Shown here one piece after another: positions 44,701 through 58,724 of a DNA stretch of 64,000 nt. A program made the position numbers and the translations under genes. Source of the stretch: the human T2T-CHM13v2.0 reference genome, Homo sapiens. The stretch is taken from assembly GCF_009914755.1 (NCBI RefSeq), contig NC_060948.1, one strand, 5' to 3'. The notes under the pieces are model-generated. The model made no database searches, had not been told where the DNA came from, and saw only the letters and a list, made by a program, of their open reading frames with translations. The first letter of the stretch is position 1. Every line of letters begins with the position of its first letter.

Positions 44701-46206
44701 TGTTTTTTTACCAAAAAGTAGTTCATACTGATCATGTTTTAATTTTTTAAACCAATATCCCTTACCCATATAATTTTTTCATTTAATGACAGATCATGAT
44801 CATTTTTTCATCCCAGTAAATACTTGTATATTGTTTTGTAGACCCAATGGCATTCCAATGTGTGGCTATGCATTTATTATTTAATCATCCATGCTTTGGA
44901 TACTTCTTAGCTTTGCTAAATGGCCTTAATATAATAAAATTGTCCACTTGACCTCAACCCCAAAATGGTGTCAAGTAACAGTAACAATTTTCTCCCTGAT
45001 AGAGAAAAAGATGCATAGAGGAAATGCAACATTTATTAGTTAGACTAAGCTCAGATACTGTCAAGTCATGGCTAATGATACATGCCTGTATATTGCCTTA
45101 CTCATGGAACATATTCAGTAAATGATGTCTTAATCAATGAAACTATGTAATTGCAGATAACTAGAGTTTTTAAAGAGGCTAAACAGGCAAAGATTTGTAA
45201 GAGGCTGAATAAACAGCTCATAATATGAGTTATGCATCAGTTGAGACAGACAGAGGACTCAGTATGAAGGAGTTCAAAATGCTGGTATTATTCCTGGTGA
45301 ATCAAATACTGGAGGTCATGATTAGGTATGTAGCAGCACTGGGGTTCTCATGATAGTGACCAAGAGGTTGGTAGGCTTACCCTCAAAGCTGCAAGAAGCA
45401 TTGAGCCACCCATTGCCCTATCTTTCATGGCAAACATCACATCTGAAATGGGGTGTGGGACAACTGGGTTGAGCTTCCCAAGGCAGGGAACCAGGTGAGA
45501 GGTTGCGGGACAGGGACTAGTGAAATAGTTCCCAGTAGAAACACAAGGCATGTCACAGAAGGGCTCCTACGAAACTAGATTATGTTTTTGATTCTCTCTA
45601 ATATCTATTAATCATCAAAATAAAGGACAGGCTTAGAGGTTCTTTCAAAACAATAAATACATACTTGTGAGCCTAAATGATTATGTTAGCTAAAAAAAAA
45701 AAGTATATATGTAAGTGTCTCCAATTTGTTTCCATAGCTGTCTTCACCTTTTCTGGGAAAATACCCTTATTTCAGGGGGAAGCATTATATATAAGCTGGT
45801 GGAATGGCTCATGGCTGAACTTACCTAGAATGCTAAATCATCATCTTAAATGCAAAGATAATATGTCAGCAGAATTCATATCTGGGCTGATTATTTACTT
45901 AAATGCTGAAAAAAAGTAAAATAAACTGCTTGAAGAAAAAATATTCATGGTAGACAGAAATGTGCAGAGGCTGGAACTGACAGCTGCAATAAATGGCTTG
46001 GTGGGCCCTGATAGTAAATGCAATTAGAATCCAACTCTCTAATTAGACATTCTGAAAATAACAAATATGCCTGTTGAGAGGAAAGTCCAGAAGTAGATAA
46101 ACTGAGATGTGAACCATGCGCTGATGGGATTACACATGACCTTTTTTCCTTCTTTACCAAGTCCCCAATTTCTAAAATTTGCTTTTCCTTTAAATACATT
46201 TCTATG

Positions 46207-46696
<490 letters not shown>

Positions 46697-47129
46697 TGAC
46701 TGATTCATCCTCACCTTCAGTAGGGGAGAATGTTAGTACTGTGCTATTGGCTCATTTTTAACCATTTTTAGGACTCCCATCTTGGCTTCAATATGTTTCC
46801 AGCAAGCACCTGGGGCACTTTATCAGATTCACTTGGGGTGGCGGAATGATTGCACCTTTATGCACAGTGAGCTGCAAGTGTCTGGGATTTTGCATCTCCC
46901 TTCCCTTCCCCAGTGGTTGACAGCTATGGGGCATCAAAACTTGCTTCTCTGCATTGGAACAACACTGAGTGAATTTACAAAATGAGGCTCCTCTGTTCTG
47001 TCAGTGCCTGATGCCTGACTTTACACCTATTGGTGTAAAGGTGGTTACTTTCCCTTCTGTCCTCCTTCCTGAACTTCTGACCACACTCCCCCTGGAAGCA
47101 TTTCATAGTGAACACCTCTGGTCCCTGCT

Positions 47130-47330
47130 CCCTTGTGCTCAAAGCCTACATAATCCCCTCCCCTTCAGCAGGAACGAGACCTGTGACTTGCTTCTAGCCA
47201 ACAGAACGTGGGCAAGGCAAAGGACTTTTGCAGATGTCAGTAAGGTTACAAATTAGTTGACTTTGAGTTCTTTAAAAGGGAGAATCTCTTCTGTGGGCCA
47301 GACTTGATTAGGCAAGTAGCAGTAAAAGGC
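47130..47330 (+). mobile_element. MLT1-family LTR fragment
   Basis: aatcccctcccc...gacctgtgacttgcttctagccaacagaa...ggacttttgcagatgt. Confidence 0.6.
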
Positions 47331-47370
47331 AGATGTGTTCTTACCTAAGGTCAAATATTTTCTCTCTAGT

Positions 47371-48299
47371 TAATTTACATTCCCATCAACAGCATAAAAT
47401 TGTTCCCTTTTCTCCACATGCTCAACAACATCTATTGCTTTCTGACGTTTTACTAGTAGCCATTCAGACTGATGTGAGACAGTATCTCATAGAGGTTTTA
47501 ATTTGCATTTCTCTGCTATGATTAGTGATGTTAAGCATTTTTTTACATGTTTGTCATTTCTATATCTTCTTCTGAGAAATGTTTTTCATGCCCACTTTTT
47601 AATGTTTTTTTTTTTTTCTTACTGAGTTATTTGAGTTTCTCATAGAGTCTGGATATTAGCACTGTGTCAGATATATAGTTTTGCAAATATTTTTACCCAC
47701 CTTTTAGGCTGTGTGTTTACTCTGTTGATTTTATGGAAAACAATATGGAGATTTCTCAAAGAACTAAAAATAGAACTCCCATTAGATCCAACAATCCTGC
47801 TACAGGGTATATATTCAAAGGAATAAAAATAACTACATCAAAACGATGCCTGTTCTTATATGTTCACTGCAGCACTCTTCACAATAGCAAAGATATAGAA
47901 TCAATTTAAGTGTCCGTCAACAAAGGACTGAAGAAAGAAAATCTGTTGTACATATTCCATGCAATACTTACTACTTAGCCATCAAAAAGAATACAATTAT
48001 GGTTATGTATTTTGCAGCAAGACAGATGGAACTGGGGGCCAATATCTTTAGTGATACCATTCAAAAACAGAAAGTCAAATATTGAACAATATCACTTTTA
48101 AGTGGGAGCTAAATAATGTGTACACTTGGACATAGAGAGTGGAATAATAGACACTAGAGACTAGGAAAGGTGGAAAGGTGGGAGAAAAGTGAGGGATACA
48201 AAATTACTTAATGGGTAAAATGTACACTATTCAGGTGATATCTACACTAAAAGCCCAAACTTCTCCATGGAATTTATACATGTAAAAAATCTGCACTTG
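47371..48299 (+). mobile_element. Old L1 (L1MA-like) 3' end with 5' inversion
   Basis: 47371-47730 antisense ORF2; 47731-48299 sense ORF2 end and L1MA-type 3'UTR (aaattacttaatggg...cactaaaagccca). Confidence 0.85.
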
Positions 48300-48300
48300 C

Positions 48301-48410
48301 GGGCCAGGCATGGTGGATTATGCCTGTAATCCCAACACTTTGAAAGAGCCCAGGAGTTGAAGTCCATCTTGGACAACATAGCAAGACCCCCATCTAAAAA
48401 AAAAAATAAA
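48301..48410 (+). mobile_element. Internally deleted Alu monomer
   Basis: ggccaggcatggtggattatgcctgtaatcccaacacttt...gagcccaggagttg. Confidence 0.8.
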
Positions 48411-49890
48411 AACCTGATCGGTCTGGAAAGACAGATTCTCCATTACTTGAGGACACTGGGTATTTACAGGGAGGATGAAAGAGTAAGATGTGTCTTCAAT
48501 TGTATATGCTATATTTTATTTCTGGGGAATATCGGAGCTTCAGTAAATATGGCAAAAATGCTAGCATTTGTAAAACATGAGGGTTGGATTTATGAATGCT
48601 CCCTAGATAACTCAAAAAGATTTGTAATATAAGAAGCTTCGTTGACTGGGTTCAGCAAAATATGTTGATGGAATATTTAGTTGAAAATTGGAAAAAAAAA
48701 TCTGTTTCTGTTTTATTCCAAGATTAGCCTTATTTTATCTTGTAATTTAATCTTTTTCCCTTATATTTTATTTCCATTAAACTACACTGTCTAAGACAGC
48801 AATTCCAAATAAAAGCAACCTTGCATATAACGTAATTTAATGTGGAATAATGTCAAAATTACAGCTAATGGTGAAGGTGGAAAAAAAAAAGGCCCATTTC
48901 AGAATTTCTTCCAAAAAGTCATTGCCTGATTTATAGTATCTCAAAGAATAAAGTGAAGGAATTCAAACCTTGAAAGGTCAAGGAATAATAAAAACATCTC
49001 ATTATGCATTTCCTAAAATAAGCAAACTTATACTTCATAAAACTTACAAATTCCTGCTGTTTGCAAATGCATGGTATATAGTTTTCATTTTTCTTTCCTA
49101 TTCTTCATGACATTTTCATGATATTTGAAAAGAAAAACCAAATCATGAATTAGAAACCACTCTTCGAAGAAAAAAAAAAGAAGTAGGAAAAGGAGGGTAA
49201 GGGGAACAACAAATGTAGGAAAATTATGCCAGAATATGTTTATTGCAAGGTGAAGTGAAATTTGTGATTTCAGAACTTATCTTAAATGAGCTCCATGTGA
49301 CATCCAGTTTTAATATTTTAGCAATTTTTGCATTAAGCAATGTTCTTAATTAAAGTAATAACTGCTCTTGTATGAAGGATTATTTAACCACATGGCTTTT
49401 TTTTTATGTCATTCACTTGAATCTTGGAGAAATATTTGCAAGAGTGAGGGTTCCCACCCATCATCCACCATGAGCTGCAGAGAAACACAGCTTATCAACA
49501 TGGGTTGAAGCTTTACAGGGCCTTTTCACAAGTCTATTATAATCAACCCAAACCTGTGGTCCGACAATAAGGAGCTTAAGAGTGCTTGCACTTCTAAGAG
49601 AAATAAGGAGTTCTTTTTAAATAAACAAACTGGCAATGGAAGAAAAGGCAACTACTAACCACCATTTCTCTTAATTTTCATTGCATGCCCATGGTCTGTA
49701 AACACTTCCTCTTGGGTCCAGCATGGTTGGTCCCCAATGGCACAGCCATGGATGGTGGTAGAACTAGCACAGGTGTGTTTCCTCCCCAAGGATGCCACCA
49801 GGGGAGGGCCGAGAGAATGGAATTGATTCTCAGAGTATCATCCCTGAAGGATGGATGGGGAATTCCCAAGGTTATGATAAAGTGAAGGCC

Positions 49891-49988
49891 TGTATTGTAT
49901 TATTGTATTGTACTGTACTGTACTGTACTGTACTGTACTGTATTGTATTGTATTGTATTGTATTGTATTGTATTGTATTGTATTGTAT
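49891..49988 (+). repeat. (TGTAC)6(TGTAT)10 pentanucleotide STR; probable DYS717; tail of the adjacent L1
   Basis: Units counted at 49909-49988; flanks ggccgagagaatggaattgat and catttcatagtgctgaagttcggg match primers as I recall them (unverified). Confidence 0.82.
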
Positions 49989-50770
49989 ATATTTAGTGGA
50001 TACAAGTGCAGTTATGTTGCATGGGTACATTTCATAGTGCTGAAGTTCGGGCTTTTAGCATATTCCTCACCTGAACAATGTACATTACACTCATTTCATA
50101 ATTTCTCATCCTTCACCCCCTTCTCACTTTCCTATCCTTCCCAGTCTCCAATGTCTATTATTTCACACTCTATGTTCAGCTGTACACATTATTTAGTTCC
50201 CTCTTAGAAATGAGAAAATGTGGCATTTGACTTCCTGTTTCTAAGTTATTTCCCTTAAGATAATGCCCTCCAGGTCCATCTATGTTGCTGCAAGGGACAT
50301 GATTTCATTCTTTTTTTATGACTGGGTAGTATTCCATGGTGTATATATACCACATTTTCTTTCTCTAATCATCCACTGACGGATACTTAGGTTGATTCCA
50401 TATCTTTGTTATTGTGAATAGTGCATTGTTCAAAAGAAGACATACAAATGGCCAAAAAGCATATAAAAAATGCTCAACATCGCTAATCATCAGAGACACA
50501 AATTAAAACAATGATGAGATATCACGTTTCATCTGCAAACATGGCAATTTTCAAAAAGCCAAAAAGATTACAGAAGTTCGTGAGGATGCAGAGAAGAGGG
50601 AACTCTTACACACTGTTAGTGGGATTAGTACAACTTCTATGAAAAACAGTATGGAGATTTCCCAAAGAACTAAAAATAGAACTATCATTCAATCCAGCAA
50701 TCCCACTGCTGGGTATATACCCAAAATAAAAGAAATCATTGCATCAAAAAGATACCTGCACTTGTATGCT
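49989..50770 (-). mobile_element. Old L1 (L1MA-like) 3' end with 5' inversion
   Basis: 49989-50424 L1 3'UTR/ORF2 end on minus; 50428-50770 the upstream ORF2 segment on plus. Confidence 0.85.
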
Positions 50771-51044
50771 GGTATTTTATAACCCTTCCTGTAGCTCCTG
50801 AACACACAAAGCAAGCAGAAACGTGTCCTCTTTTCCTCCCTTCTCAAATCTCTCACCTTTCAGAAGAGGTTTTATCTCTCATTGGCTTATTTCTCCTCCT
50901 ACTTTACAGAAGTAGCACATTTGAACATAACTGGCCCTTCTTGGTCATGCTGAAGATGGCACATTATAACAACAATTAGGAATTAAAATGGGCATGGCCA
51001 TGTGTCCCAACATGGCCTCTGGTACATATATAAACCATATACAT

Positions 51045-51390
51045 ACTACTGTGGTTACTAAAGGCTGGGAAGCATAGAGAGCAGGGGAGACTAGGGAGAG
51101 GTTGGTTAATGGATACAAACTTACTACCAAATGGAAGGAATAAGTTTTTGTGTGCTGTAGTATTATAGGGTGAACTATGATTATCAATAATTTAGAGTAT
51201 ATTTTCAGAAAGCTACACAAGAGGACTTTGAATGTTCCCAACCTAAAGAAATGATAAATGTTTGAGTTGATATATATGCTAATTAACTAGATTTGATCAG
51301 GACACATTGTAAACATGTATCAAAATATTACTCTGGGCTCTATAAATATGTACAATTATTATCTGTCAAGTAAAAACAAAAGGAAAAATA
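51045..51390 (+). mobile_element. L1MA 3'UTR fragment
   Basis: gtggttactaaaggctgggaag...ggttaatggatacaaa...ttgaatgttcccaacctaaagaaatgataaatgtttgag. Confidence 0.8.
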
Positions 51391-52624
51391 TACATTCTTA
51401 AGCAAATCCTGGTATAATTTACATTTTCTTCTTATCAAGTTGAGATGGTTGTAAGGCACACAATTATAGGAATATCACACATATTTAAAACCAGCCAAGG
51501 GAGTTTTTTTAATATGTAAGGATGCTAAAAACATATCCTGGAAGCCTTCCTGGAAATACATAAACACTGGAGATGTGCTCCAATAAAATGAGAGCCCAAT
51601 TAATTTAAGTTGATTCATTTAATCAATTAAACTATATTTAATAAGAGAATATTTGATTAAAATCAAGTTAAATTTTTTTACAACGTACTATGAAAGGCAG
51701 TAAAGCATGAGAGGAGAAGCAGTAAATAGAGGGTCTCTTTAACTATGTAATTAAGTCTAAACAATGCTGTGAAACATCATTGCAAAATGGGAAGTAAATG
51801 CTAAATTCTTGAAAGATCTTATACCAGTGTGATAAATTATAATTATGTAATTTTTTAAAGGCATATATATTTGAAAATTTTTTCTTAGGAAGCAGAAGAA
51901 ATGATCTTAATACACAGATAAAATTTAATGGATGAAAAAGTGAAAAATATATTAAACTGATAGATTCAAATATAAATCTTTGACTCCATCTTAAAACTTC
52001 AAGAGAAAAAAAGGTTAAAAATAAAGATGGAGATAGAGAGACAGAGACAGAGAGATTGCTAAAGTAGAAAACCATAGAATTGATAAATGGGCTATAATTG
52101 TAGATAAGGATGACATAACAGAATCTTAAAAGTACGTAATATAACACAATCCTATTAAGTTTTAAAATCTGTATGAAATCCATGCTTAAAATATAAATTT
52201 ATAAATTAAGAAAATTTAGACTAGCTAAAAAGACCAATTACCATGGAAGAAATTTAATGAGCTCTTAAGGTTCTTAACTTCAAAGAAGGCAAACTTCCCC
52301 TTTGAAGAATTTTGGAGAATTTACTTCTCAGCATTTTTTTCCCACTGGGGGTGGACTCTTGTCTTTTTGGATCCAGGTGGCTTAATGAGTCAGCCAGTCA
52401 TATTTGAGGAGGAGGAACATGGTCACAGGTGGAGAAGAAATAATTTTAAAACCAAGTGTCTTATTCAGATGGCCAACCTATTTTTATATCCTGTGGCCAG
52501 TGGGTGTGACTGTCATTCCAGTATGCACACTAGGTATAGAATTATGGGGGGCTACCTGCTTCCCAGAGCTAAGCACCATCAGAGAGGTGGTGCAACAGTA
52601 CAGGTGGCACAGGATGACACAGGT

Positions 52625-52702
52625 GGTCTTCACAACACATGGGAATTATAAGAACTAAAATTTGAGTTGAGATATGGGTGGGGACACAGCCAAACCATAT
52701 CA
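52625..52702 (-). mobile_element. THE1/MST LTR terminal fragment
   Basis: acaacacatgggaattat...gagatatgggtggggacacagccaaaccatatca. Confidence 0.75.
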
Positions 52703-53224
52703 TTTGCCAAAGTTAAGGACATGTACCTAGGAGACAGTTCTTTCTCTGAAGGTGATTTTGAGGTCTTCAATATTTAAAGAAGAAAGTCAGTTTATTGGGA
52801 AGTACACAGTTCTCATGTGAGAAGGGGATGGGGAAATAGTCTTTCATGCCTTTTTCTGGCTCAGTGAATCTGCATTTTTAAATGAAATAACATAGACAAT
52901 AGGGCAGAGGCAGCAGTGAGATTCGTCTTGGTGGGCAGAGGGATGACTTTGAGTTCTGTCTTGTCTCTGTGCACCTATGAAGATAAGCTATCAATTTACA
53001 TTGCCATGGTGTACAGCAATATATCTGTTTTAGGGAAAAGGTCTTGCAGCCCACAAAGAATTTCCTTGTGGCTGAAATTTGTGGTAGGTGTGTAGATTTT
53101 TATCTTTGTAGCCTTCTTATTTAGGAACAAAATGGGAGGCAGGTAGTCATGACCCAGGTCTCAGCTTGACTTCTCCCTTCCGCTTAGTGAGTTTGGGGTC
53201 CCAAGATTTATTTTTCCTTTCACA
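52703..53224 (-). mobile_element. MER4-family (ERV1) LTR
   Basis: tttgccaaagttaaggac...ttatttaggaacaaaatgggaggcagg...ttggggtcccaagatttatttttcctttcaca. Confidence 0.8.
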
Positions 53225-53959
53225 CACCACTGAGTGAGTTGGGTAAACAGAAAAGCTTTCTCAACAAACCAGGTGATAATTTTCAGTTGCCAAAAAAAGG
53301 GAATAGAATGTTCTAGAACTCCTTTTGGGTTTTGCATTTTAATGATGTGAAATTGTTTAGAGATTTTCCTAAAAACAGTTGCCCATGCATGCATGACATG
53401 ATCTCATTGTCATAAAATAGGAGTTGCTTCCACAGATAGTTCTTTCAAACTCACTAATCATCAGGGGTTAAAACAAAAATGATGTTATTAGTTACTACCT
53501 GTGAATAAAAGTCATTGTTTTGGGCAGATGTCATGAAAAATTTAATCAGGCCATTTTTGATAACCTCTGACCACAGGCAAATTCATTTGCTTGCCAGGGA
53601 ATACATTTTAGAGAGAAAACTTATGGCTTAAAAATCATGCTTCTATAATATGGCATTATAGAGATTTTTCCTACAGCCAGGTGGGTTACTAATAATCTTT
53701 GCCATGAAAATGTTCCAGATTATCTTGACAGTGCTCAGAAATGAAATGCAGAAATATAGGAGCAAAATTAATTTTCCCTCATAAGCTAGAGGGGGAATTT
53801 TTGTTGGTAATAAAACATCTAGCATTCTAAAGTCACCATTACTAAAGATATTGATGATCGTTTATTCATCCTTTTATCCACTCAGTAGATATTAATACTT
53901 TTGTTATTAGCGAGGTTATGTGTTAGCCTTCAGTACAGTTGCTATTAAAAAACACATCT

Positions 53960-54430
<471 letters not shown>

Positions 54431-54489
54431 GACAGACATTAGAATTGCACAATCCTAACATAGGAATCAATCACATCATACAACAGCAA

Positions 54490-54670
54490 CATGTTTATGC
54501 TTATTTACTTTATCTTATTGGACAATTTTCCAGAAACTGATCGAAGCCCTTTATGATGTTAATACTATCCCCATTTCGCAGATGAGAAAACCAGGGCACA
54601 AAGGGATTATGTGACTCACCCAAAGTCACATAGGCAGTGAGATACAGGCTTAAACTTTTAATTCTGGAAT
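54490..54670 (-). mobile_element. MIR SINE fragment
   Basis: tatccccatttcgcagatgagaaaaccagggcacaaagggattatgtgactcacccaaagtcaca matches the MIR core. Confidence 0.8.
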
Positions 54671-54719
54671 ACTTTTATGTTCACAAAATATTGAAAAGGC
54701 TATTAAAGAGAGCTCTTGG

Positions 54720-55865
54720 TTACCCCACATCCCTTTCCCTCCGTTAGCATCTTGGACTGCCATGGCACATTTGTTGCAACGAAGTCACCCATTACACTTA
54801 GTAAACTCCAGACATTATTCCAATGTCCTTAGATTTTCCCTGATGTCCCTTTTGTATTCCAGGATCGCATCCAGGATACCACGCTGCAGTGAGTCATCAA
54901 GTCTCCTTGGACTCCTCTGGCTGTGACAGTTTCTCAGAATTTCCTTGCTTTTTATGACCATGATGGTTCTGAGAAGAACTGCTTAGGTATTTTTTAGAAT
55001 GCCCTGCAATTTGGGCTTGTCTGGCGCCTTTCTCATGATTAGACTAAGGTTAGGTGTTTGGGGGAGGAAGACCACAGAGGCAAAGTGCTGTGTTCCTCAC
55101 ATCACATTAAGGGTACAACTCTCAACACGACTTATGTGAAGGAAAATATCTTGGGTCCTTAAAATGACTACGCTAAAGGGAAAAGTCATCTGGGAACTGC
55201 TTAGGGCCAAACTGCCTCCCATTCTGTTCAAAGTCACCCCTGTGCTCTGGAGATAAATGCTTATTATTTGCCTCCTTTAGAGAGGCTATTCAGAAACTCA
55301 GAATAATGGAACCATTTGTTTGTTTTCTACCTACGACCTGGGAGCCCTCTACCCACTTTGGGCCTTCCCACCTTTCCAGACCGAACCAACGTTCATCTTA
55401 TATATATTGATTGATGTCTCCTGTCTCCTTAAAATGTATAAAACCAAGATGTGCTCTGACCAACTTGGGCACACGTTGTCAGGACTTCCTGAGGCTGTGT
55501 CTTGGGGCCTCATTGTCAACCTTGCCAAAATAAACTTTCTAAATTAACTCAGATCTGTCTCATATTTCCAGGGTTCACATTTTGGTAACCATAGAGGGAT
55601 TCTGAGTGGAGGTGCCCCTGACCTTTGACAAATCCGTCTGTGCTTGGTACCAGTATGAGCTAACTTTACAGTTCAAACCAATAGGACAATTTGCTGAGGT
55701 CTGACAGCACCCACTCCAGAGAATCCCTGATCTCCCATAGGTGATGCTGATGTGATTGGCTGAGGTCATGACTGTCAGGTTTCTCCATCATAAAATAACT
55801 TCTTCCTCCACGTTGTCCACTGTGTTATTTGGAAATAAATCTCGAAGCACAGCCCACACTCACGG
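54720..55865 (-). mobile_element. L1MC-type 3'UTR split by an ERV1 insertion
   Basis: ccaggatcgcatccaggataccac...tgtgacagtttctcag...ggggaggaagaccacagagg...caacacgacttat | ERV | ggctgagg...gtcaggtttctcca. Confidence 0.7.
55135..55740 (+). mobile_element. MER4-family 5' LTR (55135-55579) plus PBS and ~160 bp of internal leader
   Basis: tgtgaaggaaaatatcttggg...aaaataaactttctaaatt...gggttcaca then ttttggtaaccatagaggga. Confidence 0.8.
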
Positions 55866-56242
55866 ATGGAGAGGAGCCTGGATTTTCACACAAGATGTGT
55901 ATTCTTAGTCATTACACAATCACAAAACTGGGAATCACTAAATGATAGGATAAACAAATTGCATTCCAATCCTGTCTTCCCATCCACTTTTAGATGTTTT
56001 ATTTTTGTGCTTTGGAGAACCTCACTCCTTTAAGGAAAACTTTTGGTCCAGGGGTGAAACACACAGGTCAACAGAACAAAGGTTCTAGTACGAGGCTATG
56101 AATAGAAATACCAATGGATATTGCTGCTAGGTGTTCACAGTAGGTCTGGCTGAGGGGGTGACCTTTCCACTGAATCTTGTTGAATAAGTAAGAGTTATCC
56201 AGCATAAAGGGAAATTATTGCCAACGAAGAAACTACCCATCC

Positions 56243-56766
<524 letters not shown>

Positions 56767-57114
56767 TCACCCATGGTAAGAGCTGAAGATGTGATTAGAA
56801 AACTAAGTCCACTATTCTTGGAGCCCAGAGTGCTACATGTGATGCACAAAGTGACAAAGTGACAGACCTGAAAATATACTCACAAAGCACACCACAAAGC
56901 ACTTTGGAGTTCAAGACTCAAGACTTGAACAGAAACCTCTAGCAGCTAGTGGGGTTTGAAAGTTGACATTGGATCTTTAATTTCTAGTGCAGAACATCAA
57001 TATATCAGAGTACCAACTCAGTTGGTTTCTAAAGTCATGGTTTACTCAACTGTAAACATCTACAGTCCAGACCCTTGCCAAGGGATACAGTCTTTTATTT
57101 TCATTTGATATGAT

Positions 57115-57403
57115 TTTTTAGAGACAGGGTCTCAGTCTGTTGTCCAGGCTGGAGTGCAGTGGTGCTACCATAGTTCACTGCAACCTTGAAATCCAGAGCT
57201 CAAGATATCCTCCTGCCTCAGCCTCCTGAATAGCTGAGAATACAGGTGCATGCCACCACACCAAGCTTTCTTTTAATTTTTTTGTAGAGACAAGGTCTTG
57301 GTAAGTTGCATGAGCTGGTCGTGACCTACTGGCCTCAAGAAATCCTCCCACCTCAGTCTCCCAGTGCACTGAAATTACAGATATAAGCCACTGCACCCAG
57401 CCC
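57115..57403 (-). mobile_element. AluJ SINE
   Basis: gagacagggtctc...gctcaagatatcctcctgcctcagcc...gccactgcacccagcc. Confidence 0.9.
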
Positions 57404-57744
57404 AGAGGATATGTCTTAAGCTATGAGCTGAGTCTTACCAATATCTCAGTGTATTAAAAACGTGGAAAACCAACTAAAATAATGGGATACCTGTTGTCAC
57501 TCATCACATTGGCAAAGACTAACACATTTAAAATACCCTTGAAAATATTGCCCTTCATTGTTCTTGTTCAACATTCAAAATGCATATGCCCTTTGAAATA
57601 GTAATGTCATTTTCATAGTATAACCTGCAAAACAAGCTACAGCTTCACTAAACCAAATGTACAAAGAGTCCCGTACAATTATATTTCACAGTGTTTTTGT
57701 TTGTCTCTGGTAGGAGAAGCTGGAAACAAAGTTAATGTCCACCT

Positions 57745-58060
57745 AAAGAAAGGAAAGGAAAGGAAGGGGGAGCAGGGAGAGGAGGGGAGGGGAAGGGAGA
57801 AGAAGAGAGGCTAGAGGAGGGGAGGGAAAAGAGGAAGGGAGGGTAGGGAAGGGGATGGGGATGGGGAGGGGGAGTAGGAGGAAAGGAAAGACTAAAGCAC
57901 CAGGTATTTTATACTGAGTTCCTGTACATTTGGGACAGGAGGGGAGGGGAGCGGAAGGAAGGGGAGGGGAGGGGAAGGAAGAGGAGGGGAGGGAAGGAGG
58001 GGAGGAGGGGACGGAAACACTAAACCCCTGATAGTTCATACTAAGTTCCTATATATTTCA
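57745..58060 (+). repeat. Two purine (GGGGA/GGAAA) blocks, each followed by a related ~40-bp unit
   Basis: actaaagcaccaggtattttatactgagttcctgtacattt vs actaaacccctgatagttcatactaagttcctatatattt. Confidence 0.75.
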
Positions 58061-58724
58061 GTGTGATGATAATTTAAAATGACAATAGATATTCTTAAGT
58101 AAAGAAGTTACAAAACAACAAATGTAAACAGGTCCCATTTGTGCTCCATCATATTTCACATATAAATACTTATATGTAAAACCAAGAATATTTATGAAGA
58201 GATGCACAACTTATTGTTAAAAATTATTTCTGGAGAGAAGGATGGGAACAGTTGGATCCACTTATATTCTTTTATTTAAAAATCTCTTTCTCAAAAGTTC
58301 AGTTTCTGATAGTAATTTTAGTAGAAAATTGTATAAGGCTATTCCAGGCATATCTCCGTCCCAGTGTTTTGCTTCACTAGATCAAAGGCACCTTTCAGAA
58401 GGCTGTCAGCTTAAACACCACTATTCCAGGCTCTCAAAGATAGATTTGCCTTCTGTACTTTGCATTTTCATGTCCTGGGGTTGGCTCACTGAGGAGGCTT
58501 CATGAATGTGTAGTTTTAGGACTATTTTCCTTTATCAACCACAGGAAAGCCACTGTTTTCCCTGATAAACTTGTGTGGGCTTATATGTGCGTACTCTCAT
58601 ACAGACGCACAAACACACACACATTCTTTTAAAATGTAAAATCTTACCAAAAGCTTTTGAAAAAAAATCTCCTTAATTTATATTTTCTTTTTAGCATAAA
58701 AAATTAGAGACCCACATTAGGTAA

